Below, piece by piece: positions 1 to 9,838 of a stretch of DNA of 31,508 bases. The stretch comes from an uncultured virus (IMG/VR IMGVR_UViG_3300029258_002403) (taxonomy: Duplodnaviria > Heunggongvirae > Uroviricota > Caudoviricetes). The position numbers were made by a program, and so were the translations under genes. The stretch lies in IMG/VR virus record IMGVR_UViG_3300029258_002403; one strand, 5' to 3'. How positions within the stretch are numbered: the first letter of the stretch is position 1; each line of letters begins with the position of its first letter. The notes under the pieces are model-generated. The model was not told where the DNA came from. It searched no databases and worked only from the letters and a program-made list of their open reading frames with translations.

Positions 1-18
1 CGGCTACGGTTGCGACTC

Positions 19-1029
19 TCACACCCCTACCTTGCGCACCTTCCGTCGGATCGCTTCCATGATCTTGGGGTGCTCTCGGAGGTACGTGATGGCGTTGGCG
101 CGCCCCTGGGCCACGTTCTCCCCCTTGTAGGCGTAGAAACTGCCCTTCTTGTCCATCACCCCGGCGATCACGGCGGCGTCGATCACTTCCGCGGCCTGGT
201 CGATCCCCACCCCGAACGCAATGTCGAACTCGGCCTCCTGGAACGGCCGCGCCACCTTGTTCTTGACCACCTTGACCTTGGTCTTCATGGCCACGGTCTG
301 CTCCCCGCTCTTGACCGCGGAGATCCGGCGCACCTCCAGGCGCACGCTGGAGTAGAACTTGAGGGCGTTGCCGCCGCTGGTGGTGGTGGGGGAGCCGAAG
401 AACTTGCCCACCTTGGACCGGGTCTGGTTGATGAACAGGACCAGGGTGCCGTTCTTGGACGTGGCTGCGGTGAGGCGGCGCATCACCTTGGACATCATGC
501 GCGCCTGGAGGGCCATGGACTGGTCCTCGATCTCCCCGTCCAGTTCCGCCTTGGGGGTGAGGGCGGCCACGCTGTCCACCACCACCACGCCGAACCCCCC
601 GGTGCGCACCACCATGTCCACCACACCCAGCGCCATCTCGCCGTAATCCGGCTGCGAGATCAGGAGGTCGTCGGTGTTGACCCCGATGGCCTCCGCGTAC
701 ACGGGGTCCAGGGCGTGCTCGGCGTCCACGAACGCGGCGGGCAGGCCGAGCCGTTGCGCCTCCGCGATCACGTGGAGGCACAGGGTGGTCTTGCCGCTCG
801 ACTCCGGGCCGTACACCTCCACGATCCGCCCCCGTGGAAGGCCGCCCACGCCGATGGCGTCGTCCAGGCCCATGGACCCGGTGCTGATCACGTCGTGCTT
901 GAAGTCGGACGCGGAACCCAGGCGCCGGGCCGCCTCCCCGCCATACTTGGCCTGGATGGCATCCAGGGCGGAGGTGAGGGGGCTGTCCGCGGTGGCGGCG
1001 GGTTTGGGGTCTTTCTTTTTCCGTGGCAT
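19..1029 (-). CDS. recA: RecA recombinase (phage-encoded)
   Basis: Walker A YGPESSGKTT, FVDAEHALDP, VVVDSVAALTPKAE, FINQTR, GGNALKFYSSVRL, VVKNKVARPF; GAGG RBS upstream. Confidence 0.97.
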   Translation of the reverse strand: MPRKKKDPKPAATADSPLTSALDAIQAKYGGEAARRLGSASDFKHDVISTGSMGLDDAIGVGGLPRGRIVEVYGPESSGKTTLCLHVIAEAQRLGLPAAFVDAEHALDPVYAEAIGVNTDDLLISQPDYGEMALGVVDMVVRTGGFGVVVVDSVAALTPKAELDGEIEDQSMALQARMMSKVMRRLTAATSKNGTLVLFINQTRSKVGKFFGSPTTTSGGNALKFYSSVRLEVRRISAVKSGEQTVAMKTKVKVVKNKVARPFQEAEFDIAFGVGIDQAAEVIDAAVIAGVMDKKGSFYAYKGENVAQGRANAITYLREHPKIMEAIRRKVRKVGV

Positions 1030-1140
1030 GGTCGGTCCTCAAAAGGCGCCGCGCCCCCGGGGGCAAGAACGGTCCCCGTGGCGCGACTGCGGGTGTTGTT
1101 TCAATGCAAGGGACACCGCCCGCTGGTCCCCAGGCTCCCC

Positions 1141-2088
1141 CTAGAACTGGAGTTCGTCTTCCTCGTCGCGCTCCACCGCGGTGGTGTCCACGTAGTCCCC
1201 GGCGGACGGGCCCTGGGGCTCCCGCGCGGGTTGGCGGCGCTCACGTCGGGGAGCGGACCCAGCCGTGCCGTCACCCACGGCACGGGTACCCCCGTCCTTC
1301 TCGGTGCCGTCCGGGTTGAGCATCACCGGGCTCATGGCGTCACCGCGCAGGATGGCAGCCATCTGTGCGGGGGTGGGCACCTTGACGTACTCCCGGAGGT
1401 CGTGCTGGCCATTGATCCACGCTAGGGCCACCTGGGGGTCCTCCGCCAACGGGGTGGGGCGGATGTCCGCCTGGAACGCGTAGGACGTTCCCTGGCGGCC
1501 GCTCCCCTCCTTGGTGATGATCAGATCGAACCCGTTGGGCCCGGGGGTCACCAAGTTGCGCCGAGCGCGGCCGACCATGAGGCCGCGGATCTTCTCGTAC
1601 TGGGACTTCCCCTTCCACTTGCCGTAGGGGTAGGACACCTCGTAGATCAGAGGGCCCGCCGCCTCGTGGTCCCGGTTGATCACGTTCATCAGGACCCGGT
1701 GCTTAGCCTCCATGTCCTTGGCCAACTCCTGGTCCAAGGCGTCCTGACTCGCCTTGAGCCGCGCCGCCTCGGCGCAGATCGGGCACGGCTCCCCCTTCAT
1801 CTTGCGGGGGCACGGCACGCTCACGTACTGGCCCGGGTCGTCGGGGCGCTCATAGAAGTGCTTCCACAGGACAAAGAACGGCTCCGGCTTGGCGCCGTTG
1901 TCCGCGAACCACTGCTGCCACGCCATGGGCGGGGGCAGGATCCGCACCACGTTCTCCCCCTGGGAGACGGTGAAGAACACGCTGGCCTCAGCAGCCGCGG
2001 TTTCCTTGGCCTGCTCCGCGGCCTCGGCGGCGACGTCCAGGTCGTAGTCGAGATAGGGCTGGAGGGCTTGATCGTTTCCGTTGGTCAT
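1141..2088 (-). CDS. Single-stranded DNA-binding protein, T4 gp32-like
   Basis: GENVVRILPP, KHF, CP..CPIC Zn-type motif, GFDLIITKEG, acidic tail ending DEEDELQF; next to recA. Confidence 0.8.
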   Translation of the reverse strand: MTNGNDQALQPYLDYDLDVAAEAAEQAKETAAAEASVFFTVSQGENVVRILPPPMAWQQWFADNGAKPEPFFVLWKHFYERPDDPGQYVSVPCPRKMKGEPCPICAEAARLKASQDALDQELAKDMEAKHRVLMNVINRDHEAAGPLIYEVSYPYGKWKGKSQYEKIRGLMVGRARRNLVTPGPNGFDLIITKEGSGRQGTSYAFQADIRPTPLAEDPQVALAWINGQHDLREYVKVPTPAQMAAILRGDAMSPVMLNPDGTEKDGGTRAVGDGTAGSAPRRERRQPAREPQGPSAGDYVDTTAVERDEEDELQF

Positions 2089-2130
2089 GGTGTTTCCGTC
2101 TTTCCGTTGCTGTCTGTTGTCCGTTATCCG

Positions 2131-2607
2131 TTAGCCGGGGGGATCCCCCGCCATCTCTTTGCGCAGGGTGGCGCCGAGTGAGATCAGCATCTCCCTTTTG
2201 GTGCCCACCGCGGACACCACCCCGTCCACCCTCTTGCGCGCCGCGACCGTGTCCGCGTAGTGCTCCTGGGCGGCGGTGTGCCGTTGGCGCGCCTGGAGGA
2301 GGATAGGCTGGATCTGGGTGTGGGCGTTGATCTGGTCCACCGTGGGCTTCTTGATCGTCTGGTCCGCGTCCAGGGCCGCTTTGGCCGCGATCCACGCCCG
2401 CGCCTCGGCCTCCTTGATCGCCGCCTTGGCCTCGTCGGCCGCAGCCTTGGCCAGCATCTCGTCCCGCAGCGCCTCCGACGCCTGGGCGCTCCAGTACGCC
2501 AGATCCGGGGCCACCCGGATGTACTCGTCGGTGATGGCCGCCTCGTCAATGGACACGCTGTCCACGAGGTAGTCATCGAACTCCTGGTCATGGATGGGTT
2601 TGGTCAT
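2131..2607 (-). CDS. Recombination mediator, UvsY-like helical protein (158 aa)
   Basis: Start refined to ATG 2607 (MTKPIHDQ); IDEAAITDEY..PDLAYW..KPTVDQINA..KREMLISLGA pattern; directly upstream of SSB and RecA. Confidence 0.6.
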   Translation of the reverse strand: MTKPIHDQEFDDYLVDSVSIDEAAITDEYIRVAPDLAYWSAQASEALRDEMLAKAAADEAKAAIKEAEARAWIAAKAALDADQTIKKPTVDQINAHTQIQPILLQARQRHTAAQEHYADTVAARKRVDGVVSAVGTKREMLISLGATLRKEMAGDPPG

Positions 2608-2860
2608 CGATCCCCTCTTGCGCCAGCAGCTCGCGAGCGAGACGGTTGCGCCCCTCCGGGGTGTCCGCCTCCGTCTCCTGCACCACGTAGTACGCGTCCC
2701 GGTACATCTGGCGGAGCAACCCTCGCTCGATCTTCTCCACGGCACGCTCGCTCTGGCCGGTCACCTCGACCCGGTGAGCCTCCGCGCCCGTGGACTTGCG
2801 GATCACCAGCCACACGCGGGGCGCACCGGGGCGTCGTTTCTTGCGAGCGGAGACCGTCAC
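2588..2860 (-). CDS. Hypothetical protein (90 aa)
   Basis: GTG start overlaps the TGA of the upstream gene (GTGA); fills the gap in the operon; protein-like composition. Confidence 0.6.
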   Translation of the reverse strand: MTVSARKKRRPGAPRVWLVIRKSTGAEAHRVEVTGQSERAVEKIERGLLRQMYRDAYYVVQETEADTPEGRNRLARELLAQEGIDDQTHP

Positions 2861-3291
2861 CCCATCACCCTGTCCATGAGGTCGGCCGCCTGGCGAAGGG
2901 CGTTGGCCTGCTCCTCCAGTTGGTCGGCGCGAGCCCGGAGCGCTGCGGGGCTGTACGACTCGGCCGTGCCCACAGGACCGGGCGCCGCCACCCCTGCCTG
3001 TTCCGCGGGGGTAGTGGCCACCCGACCACCCGCGGCCTCCACCACCTGGGTGAAGTTGTCCCCGCTGCGGATCACGGTGCGGGTGTCCTTGTCGATCGCC
3101 CGCCACTTGACCAGCCCCCTATTCTCGGCCTCGTCCCAGGACCGCCCCAGGCGGCCGCTCTTGGGCTTCTTGCCGGTGTACGTGGGGGTGAGCCGAACCG
3201 CGTCCTGATCCAGCTTGCGCACGGTGGCCCGGCGACGGTACGCCCAGGCGCGGATCGACTCTCCGTTGCTGTCTATCGTGAACTGTGACAT
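2857..3291 (-). CDS. Hypothetical protein (144 aa)
   Basis: ATG start, operon packing, C-terminal coiled-coil-like segment. Confidence 0.7.
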   Translation of the reverse strand: MSQFTIDSNGESIRAWAYRRRATVRKLDQDAVRLTPTYTGKKPKSGRLGRSWDEAENRGLVKWRAIDKDTRTVIRSGDNFTQVVEAAGGRVATTPAEQAGVAAPGPVGTAESYSPAALRARADQLEEQANALRQAADLMDRVMG

Positions 3292-3325
3292 CGGGAAGGT
3301 ACTTGCGCAGTGGGTGGACCGCCGG

Positions 3326-6109
3326 TCACGGGGCCAGGGTGGTCACGTCCACCTCCTCCAACGAGCCCCACGCCGTGCCCATCTCCACGTCCACCTCCAA
3401 GGGGAGGCCGTGGGCGGTGGGCCACCCCTCCATGATGTCCTTGGCGCCGAGCACCAACTCCGGCACGTCCCCTTCGGCCACTTCGAACACCAGGGAGTCG
3501 TGGACCATCATCACCAGGCGCGCGTCCAGGCCGTCGTCCAGGATCCACTGGACCGCCGACACCCCAGACGCCAGGCAATACTCGTGACCAGTCCCCTGGA
3601 CCGGGGTGTTGAACGCCTGGCGCTGGCCGTGCCCCGCGGACCCCTTGTCCTCGTCTCCAATGTCGGGCACCGGCCGCCGCCGGGCGATCCCCCCGTCCCA
3701 CCACGTCCACGTGCTCCCCGACCGGCTGGCGTCCGCGATCGTGCGCTTGATCCACCGGCGGAGAACCTTGAACCGCCCCAGGACAATGTCCTGGGCCTGC
3801 TCGGCCTCCTTGACGGAGATACCCGCCTGCTCCGCGAGCGTCTCCGGTGACTGCCCGTAGACCGTGCCGAAGTTGACCCACTTGCACACGCCGCGGCGGT
3901 GTTTCTGCTCCTTGGCCAGCGCCGCGCGAGCGTCCTCGTCCGGGGCGGTGTCTAGGGTGTACCCCAGTCCGCACGTTTCGAAGTCGTTGCCCCACAGCAT
4001 GTCGCTCACCAACTCCGCGGTGCGGCGGTGGGGGTCCTCCCCGTTGAGGAAGATCTGGATCATCACCGGGTCACCGCTGAGCATGGCGGCCACCCGCATC
4101 TCCAGGGTCTTGTAGTCCAACTGGACCAGGCGGTACCCCGGCGCCGCCACGAAACAGTCCTTGACCCGCTTGGCGTACTGGCCGCGGCTCGGGATGGTCT
4201 GCATGTTGGGATCGGTGCAGGACATGCGCCCCGTCTCCGCGCCCATGATGTTGAACGAGCAGTGGATCCGGCCGTCCGGGGAGATGTGGGACATCATCCC
4301 CTGGGCGTAGGTCCCCTGGATCTTGTCCAGTTCCCGCCACTCCATGATCAGCTTGATGGCGGGGTGGGGGTTAGCCGCAGCGGCCAGGGTGGTCATCACC
4401 TGCTTGTCGGTGCTCGGCTTGCCCGTCTTGCGGCTCCGCTTGATCGGAACAAGTCCCAGCCCCCCGCGACTCGGGGGGTCGAACAGAAACGCAGACAGTT
4501 GATCGGGGGACCCGGGCTCCAACCCTGGGGCGTACCCGTGGATCTGAGCCAGGAGACGGGAGCACTCCGCGTCCACGAACGCGGACAAGCTCGACACCGC
4601 CTGCCGGTCCACGCCGATCCCCCAGTGCTCCACCCACCCCACAGCCCACGGGGCCCTGCCGAGGTGGCTGTCCCACAGCGCCCGGTACTCCGGGGCCATC
4701 TGGGGCTCCAGGTGTGCCGCCAGTCGGGCCGTGGCGCACGTGTCCCTGGCGTTGTACCGCTCCTCCACGGTGGTGTTGGTCAGGCCGTGGACGTACCAGT
4801 CGGCCTCCCCGTCCGCCATGATCGCCTCCATCCACGCGTCGGTAGGCGCGGGGATCCCCGTGAGGTCCGCGAAGGTGGTCTGGACCTTGTTGACGCTCCG
4901 CTTCTTGACCCACGCCTCGTCGGCCTGGCTCCGCGCCTCCTCCGGGGTCGGGGGGCGGCTCTTGGTCACCCTCTTGCGCCGCTGTTTCTTGCCGGCCTTG
5001 TTGACCCGCTCCTCGTACTCCCACTCCACGGGGACGGGCTTGCGGGCGAAGTTCCGCATCCGCTTGAGGACCGTGCGGCACACGTCGAAGTGCTCGGCGG
5101 CCTCCCCTTTGTGCCCGCCCATCCCCACCAAGTTGGACAGCTCGTCCAGGCCGCCGCTCCCGTCCGCGCGGATCTGCTTGGCGTGGATCATGGTATCAGC
5201 GCCGGTCCACTTTGCCCCCACGTCCTCCCCGGTCACCAGGCGCACCGCGTTGAGGTCGTACTTCAAGTTGTGCCCGCCAAGGCGGGCGCCGTGGAGGATC
5301 TTGAGGAGGTACGGGCGGCGGGGGTCACCCTCCTGTAGCGCCTCCCCGGGGAACATCCACACCACGTCGGACCCCACCTCCGCGAAGGACAGGCACACGA
5401 TGCGGAAGATCGGGCGGTAGGCCTTGCCGAACGTCTCGGTGTCGAACATCACGTGGCGCCCCCGGAGGGCTTCCCACGCCGCGGCGGCGTCGTCCTGGTC
5501 CTCCACCCGGTTCATGTACGCGTCCCACGGGACGGCGCCGGGGTCGGCGGTGCAGGCCCACTCCACATCCTCTCGGAGCCACTGGGTGCGCACCCTGTTC
5601 CCCGCCGTGATGAACACGTCGGGGAACAGGAACACCAAGGTGCCGTCCTTGGTGCGGGTCCAGGCGCGGCGGACCTTGGCGGTGTTGGCCGTGCGTCCCA
5701 GGATCGCCTTGGCGGCCATGTGGCCGAAGCACAGGATCCGTTCCGGCTTGGTCACGTCCAGAGCCCGCCGCATGTACGGGGCACACGCGGCCATGGCCTT
5801 GTCCACGTCCTTGGCAGTCCCGGCGCACTTGAGCGCGTAGTCGAACGCCACGGGGGCGTTGGCCCACCCTCGGATCATCTGGGCCCACCGCCGCTCTCGA
5901 TGGGTGGCCCACGGCCGCCCCAGGAGGGCCCCCTTGGCGGAGGGACGGTCCCCCACCACGAGCACCCCGCCAGGCTCGCCGGCGGGGCGCATACAGGTGT
6001 GGTCCCCCACGCCCCCCAGGTCGCACCGCTGGCACAGGGGGTCCGGCTGGAGGGGCTTGACCCCGTCGATCGGCAGGTCGGTGGTGGGGTACAGGGGGAG
6101 GCGGATCAC
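3326..6109 (-). CDS. polA: Family A DNA polymerase with 3'-5' exonuclease and N-terminal uracil-DNA glycosylase (family 4)-like domain
   Basis: Exo motifs FDTET, GHNLKYDL, YNARDT; ETGRMSCTDPNMQTIP; motif A DYKTLEMR, motif B KWVNFGTVYG, motif C MVHDSL; N-terminal CQRCDL, VLVVGDRP, ALKC, PERILCFG resemble UDG family 4. Confidence 0.93.
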   Translation of the reverse strand: MIRLPLYPTTDLPIDGVKPLQPDPLCQRCDLGGVGDHTCMRPAGEPGGVLVVGDRPSAKGALLGRPWATHRERRWAQMIRGWANAPVAFDYALKCAGTAKDVDKAMAACAPYMRRALDVTKPERILCFGHMAAKAILGRTANTAKVRRAWTRTKDGTLVFLFPDVFITAGNRVRTQWLREDVEWACTADPGAVPWDAYMNRVEDQDDAAAAWEALRGRHVMFDTETFGKAYRPIFRIVCLSFAEVGSDVVWMFPGEALQEGDPRRPYLLKILHGARLGGHNLKYDLNAVRLVTGEDVGAKWTGADTMIHAKQIRADGSGGLDELSNLVGMGGHKGEAAEHFDVCRTVLKRMRNFARKPVPVEWEYEERVNKAGKKQRRKRVTKSRPPTPEEARSQADEAWVKKRSVNKVQTTFADLTGIPAPTDAWMEAIMADGEADWYVHGLTNTTVEERYNARDTCATARLAAHLEPQMAPEYRALWDSHLGRAPWAVGWVEHWGIGVDRQAVSSLSAFVDAECSRLLAQIHGYAPGLEPGSPDQLSAFLFDPPSRGGLGLVPIKRSRKTGKPSTDKQVMTTLAAAANPHPAIKLIMEWRELDKIQGTYAQGMMSHISPDGRIHCSFNIMGAETGRMSCTDPNMQTIPSRGQYAKRVKDCFVAAPGYRLVQLDYKTLEMRVAAMLSGDPVMIQIFLNGEDPHRRTAELVSDMLWGNDFETCGLGYTLDTAPDEDARAALAKEQKHRRGVCKWVNFGTVYGQSPETLAEQAGISVKEAEQAQDIVLGRFKVLRRWIKRTIADASRSGSTWTWWDGGIARRRPVPDIGDEDKGSAGHGQRQAFNTPVQGTGHEYCLASGVSAVQWILDDGLDARLVMMVHDSLVFEVAEGDVPELVLGAKDIMEGWPTAHGLPLEVDVEMGTAWGSLEEVDVTTLAP

Positions 6110-6483
6110 CCCAGCACTCCCGGGGGCAAGTCGGACGGGTTGCCGGGTTTGGGCTGCGGCGCCTGGGGCTTGACCCCCGCGTAAGCCTCCAGCGCCTGGG
6201 CGATCAACGACTGGTAGTGCTCCATGGTGATCTCATTGCGCCGGACGGCGCCGATTCCCATGAGACCAGACACCACGTGAAGGGACACGGCGATCCCCTC
6301 CAAGGCACGGAGGCGGCGCGCCTCCATGGCCACCTTGGGGTCGGTAGCCGCTAGGGTGCGCTCGACCATGACCACCACGCGTTCCTGGTCCTTCTCGCCG
6401 CCCAGGACCATGCCCTGCTCGACCATGATCTTGACCAGGGCTTCGGCGCGCTCGCGGTGGGGTGTCTTGGTGTCGTTGGTCAT
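6106..6483 (-). CDS. Hypothetical protein (125 aa)
   Basis: 4-nt overlaps with both neighbours; AAGGAGG RBS. Confidence 0.75.
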   Translation of the reverse strand: MTNDTKTPHRERAEALVKIMVEQGMVLGGEKDQERVVVMVERTLAATDPKVAMEARRLRALEGIAVSLHVVSGLMGIGAVRRNEITMEHYQSLIAQALEAYAGVKPQAPQPKPGNPSDLPPGVLG

Positions 6484-7574
6484 GCGGCCTCCTTAGGGAT
6501 CGTGGCCAGTTGGCGCTCGATTCGCTTGCGGAAAGTGTCCGCCTTGACCCGGGCGAACGCGGGAACCCGCCCACGGTTGGCCAGGGCCCACTCCACGAGG
6601 TCGTCACGGGACACCCGCGCCAGGGCTGCCGTCACCGCGGCCTTGAGGCCCTTGGCATTGACGATCGGCTTCATCCACTCGGGGGTCTCCCCCTCCGGGA
6701 CCCCCGTGGTGTCGGCCAGGGGCTGGTCCACCTTGGGGGCACCGGGGCCAGACTGGCGGGTGGTGGGGGAGATCTCCCCTGCCTCCGCGCCCTCCGGGGC
6801 CGGGGGCCTGTTCTTGCGCTCGACCTCGTGGCCGGTGGCCAGGTCGTACTTGACCTTGGTGCCGTCCTGGAGGGTGAGCACCCCGAACCCCTGTTTGCGG
6901 CTGGTCTGGACCCGCACGATCTCCACCCCGTCGTACCGGGCGCCAACCTCGTAGTGAGCGCTCCCGTCCTCGGCGGCCGCCCCCTTGCCTGGATCGGGGG
7001 CCTCCCCGCCGCTCATGCGGTCGTAGTACGCCAGGGCCTCTGCGGGGTCGAGCCCCGCGGCCTCCATCTTGACCGCGGCAGCAGCAACCGGGGCGGATCG
7101 TTTGGGTACGGGCTCCACCGCGTCACGCTTGGCCTGGGCGGCGGTTTCCAGCGGAGCGTCGGGGGTCTTGATCGCCTCGGCCTGGTTGCTCCGAGGGGGC
7201 GCCGGGACCGCATGGATCACACCCCCCACGGCGCCGTCCACCACCTCCTGGCCCGGTTGGCACGCGGTGATGGCCTGGGCCTCGTCGGCGTAGGGGGTGC
7301 CCACCATGACCTTGCCTTCGATCGTGCGGACCATGTACCGGGCGGGCGCCACGGCGTGGGTGTCGGGGTAGTCCTGCCCCGCGGGAGGGCTCGGAGGTTC
7401 GGGGGGCGGCGCCTCCTCTCGTTGAGCTACCTGGGCAGTGGCGAGCATGGCACGGATCGCGGCGAGCACGTCCACGGCGTCGGTGGTGCGCTCACACGTG
7501 ATGCACACCTCCAGGGTGATCGGCTGGACTCCATCCGCGTGGAGTTGAAACGACTTGATCTCGGGTGGCTTCAT
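6480..7574 (-). CDS. Hypothetical Ala/Pro-rich protein (364 aa)
   Basis: ATG start, tight packing between primase and downstream gene. Confidence 0.75.
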   Translation of the reverse strand: MKPPEIKSFQLHADGVQPITLEVCITCERTTDAVDVLAAIRAMLATAQVAQREEAPPPEPPSPPAGQDYPDTHAVAPARYMVRTIEGKVMVGTPYADEAQAITACQPGQEVVDGAVGGVIHAVPAPPRSNQAEAIKTPDAPLETAAQAKRDAVEPVPKRSAPVAAAAVKMEAAGLDPAEALAYYDRMSGGEAPDPGKGAAAEDGSAHYEVGARYDGVEIVRVQTSRKQGFGVLTLQDGTKVKYDLATGHEVERKNRPPAPEGAEAGEISPTTRQSGPGAPKVDQPLADTTGVPEGETPEWMKPIVNAKGLKAAVTAALARVSRDDLVEWALANRGRVPAFARVKADTFRKRIERQLATIPKEAA

Positions 7575-7592
7575 GGTGTGTCTCTTGCGCGG

Positions 7593-8453
7593 CTAGTCCG
7601 TCCGCGTGTCGATGTCCGTGGCGTGTTCCACCGCCATGGCCACCGCGGCACGGACCAGTTCGGGGTCGGTGTCGTCCAGGTCTTGCCCTCGGGGGAGGAC
7701 CACTGCGTACGCGCGGCGGCCGTCCACCCGAAGGCTCTCTGCCACCCCCACCCCCTCGCGCCAGGAGTCCCCGTCCAGGGCGATGATCAGGGGGCGCTGG
7801 GCTCGGCGGAGGCGCTTGATCTGGGATGGGGTGGGCTTGCCGAGACAGGCCACCGCGTTGGGCCAGTGGCGGAGGGCGTCGAACGGCCCCTCCGTCACCA
7901 GGAGAGGTTCCTCGGTCACGCGCGCCAGGGCGCAGTCGTTGTAGAACGTGGACTCCCTGTCCATGTTTCCCGCGGTCCAGTAGGGGACAGGATGGGGCCT
8001 GCGGATCGCAGCACCCACCCATCCGAGCCACTCCCCATCCGGCCCGGGGATGGGCATGATCACCCGCTGGGCGTGGTCCCCCTTGCGGGCGTACCCCAGG
8101 CGCGCCTCCGCCACCACGTGGTCGGGGACACCTCGGCCCCGGAGGTACGCCCGCGCCGGTTCCAGTAGGCGGTGGGTCCCCGGGAGGGCGTGGTACTCGC
8201 TGGGTTCCTCGATCGGGGGGCGCTCCTCGGGCACGTCCTCCCACCCGTCGTCGTCCACCTCCTCCCAGTCCCCCGGAAGGCGCCCGGTGACGCCGCATCG
8301 CCAGCACTTCCACCACCCGCTGTGGGTGGACACGTACATCTTGGGCTTGCGCTCCCGCGCCGTTTGGCAGTCGGGGCAGTGGATGTGGTAGTAGCCCGCG
8401 GAGTTGGGGGACTCCCCCTCGATCCGCTCTTGGATCTCGGCGTTGGTGGCCAT
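7593..8453 (-). CDS. DNA primase (Zn-binding + TOPRIM)
   Basis: CPDC..CWRC Zn finger, AYLRGRG, TOPRIM LVTEGPFDAL and IALDGD; follows the helicase. Confidence 0.9.
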   Translation of the reverse strand: MATNAEIQERIEGESPNSAGYYHIHCPDCQTARERKPKMYVSTHSGWWKCWRCGVTGRLPGDWEEVDDDGWEDVPEERPPIEEPSEYHALPGTHRLLEPARAYLRGRGVPDHVVAEARLGYARKGDHAQRVIMPIPGPDGEWLGWVGAAIRRPHPVPYWTAGNMDRESTFYNDCALARVTEEPLLVTEGPFDALRHWPNAVACLGKPTPSQIKRLRRAQRPLIIALDGDSWREGVGVAESLRVDGRRAYAVVLPRGQDLDDTDPELVRAAVAMAVEHATDIDTRTD

Positions 8454-8456
8454 GGT

Positions 8457-9818
8457 CTACAGGCTGTCGTCGGTGAGGCCGGCGCCGAGTGGCACCATGC
8501 GGCCGCGGTCCATATCCATGGGGAGGGGACCCACCAAAGTGCCCGCGCCGGGTCCGCGGTTCTTGGCGATGTGGTAGTGCCGGTCCTCGGGGTCGCCGTC
8601 CGCCGGCTTCCAGATCGTGATCACGGTGTCAGCGGTTCGCCCCTTCCACCGGCTGTCGGACAGGTCATCGGCGCCGGGGATCTTCTTGCCGTCCAAGTCC
8701 TTGAGCTGCGAGCCGGTGACCGCCCACGTGCGGTCGTCCACCGCGATCTGGCGCACCCCCTCGTACACCACCTTCATCTCCTCGTAGCTGCTCAAGCCGC
8801 TGCGGCCGCTGGAGAGCTTGTCGGCGTAGTCCACGATCAGCACGTCGTACCCTCCGCCGAACGCGGGGTGATCTTCCACCGCCTGGGCCACCAACTGCCG
8901 CAACTGGTTGGGGGTGCTCCCTTGGGGCAGGTACTCCACCGCCAGGGCGCCCACCTTGGGATGGGCCAGCATCCGGTCGAGCTTGTCCTTGGCCGCGTGG
9001 TCGCTCCGCTCCACGGCGCGCATGGACTCACCAGTGACCCAGGCGATGGCGCGGACCAGTGTCTCGCTCACCCCCTCCTCCGTGGGGACGTAGATCACCC
9101 GCTTGCCCGCCATCCAGGCGAAGCACCCCACGTGGACCAGGGTGGCGGTCTTGCCCACCCCCATATCGGCGCCGATCACGGTGAGGGTGCGGGGGTGGAT
9201 CCCGCCCCCCATGGGGTCGTCCAGTTGGGGGATCCCCAGAGGGAGGCGATCGGTGCGGCGCAGTTCATCGATCCCCGCCCACACAGACTTGGACAGGAGG
9301 GTGCTCCCGGTGGCCACCTCCTTGCCGATCCGCTCGGCGGTGTCGATCTCCGCAGCGTACTTGACCAGGCTCTTGCCCTTGCCGTGGTCCAGGGACATTC
9401 GACGGAGAATGTCGGCGTTGGCGCGGGCGCGGAGCACCTTGGCCGCCTCCGTGACCAACTGGTCGGTGTGGGGAACCCCGGCGTCCTCCACCATGTCGAA
9501 CAGTTCGGCGGCGTGGTCCACCTGGCGCTGGGTGAGCCGGCCGCTGTCCACCGCAGCCATGAGGCGCTGGAGGACCAACGTGGGGGACGTGGGCCCTTCC
9601 CCCGTCTCCCGCGCGATGGCGGCGCAGGCCTTGAGCAGTTCCACCCCCCGGTCGTCCCGCAGGCACTCGGGGTCCAGGTGCATCCCGATCAACCCCCAGA
9701 ACCGGGGGACTACGCAGGACGCGTACACCAAGGCGCGCTCAAAGGCGCGGTCGAACTCGGTGTACTTGGTGGGGTCATCAGAAACGGCGCGAAGGGGGCG
9801 AACTTGTGGTGTAGACAT
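8457..9818 (-). CDS. Replicative DnaB-like (SF4) helicase
   Basis: Start refined to ATG 9818; LGIPQLDDPMGGG, Walker A GADMGVGKT, Walker B LIVDYAD, TGSQL, IAKNR. Confidence 0.88.
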   Translation of the reverse strand: MSTPQVRPLRAVSDDPTKYTEFDRAFERALVYASCVVPRFWGLIGMHLDPECLRDDRGVELLKACAAIARETGEGPTSPTLVLQRLMAAVDSGRLTQRQVDHAAELFDMVEDAGVPHTDQLVTEAAKVLRARANADILRRMSLDHGKGKSLVKYAAEIDTAERIGKEVATGSTLLSKSVWAGIDELRRTDRLPLGIPQLDDPMGGGIHPRTLTVIGADMGVGKTATLVHVGCFAWMAGKRVIYVPTEEGVSETLVRAIAWVTGESMRAVERSDHAAKDKLDRMLAHPKVGALAVEYLPQGSTPNQLRQLVAQAVEDHPAFGGGYDVLIVDYADKLSSGRSGLSSYEEMKVVYEGVRQIAVDDRTWAVTGSQLKDLDGKKIPGADDLSDSRWKGRTADTVITIWKPADGDPEDRHYHIAKNRGPGAGTLVGPLPMDMDRGRMVPLGAGLTDDSL

Positions 9819-9838
9819 CCGATCTCCATGCGGGGTGG

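Noticed and set aside
1030..1140. SOS/LexA box upstream of recA
   Set aside because: TTGCAT/TTGAAA hexamers are present, but I recognised no LexA palindrome or convincing -10
4820..5060. PolA insertion as an intein or intron
   Set aside because: No C/S start with HN-C/S/T end, no homing endonuclease motif, and the frame is uninterrupted
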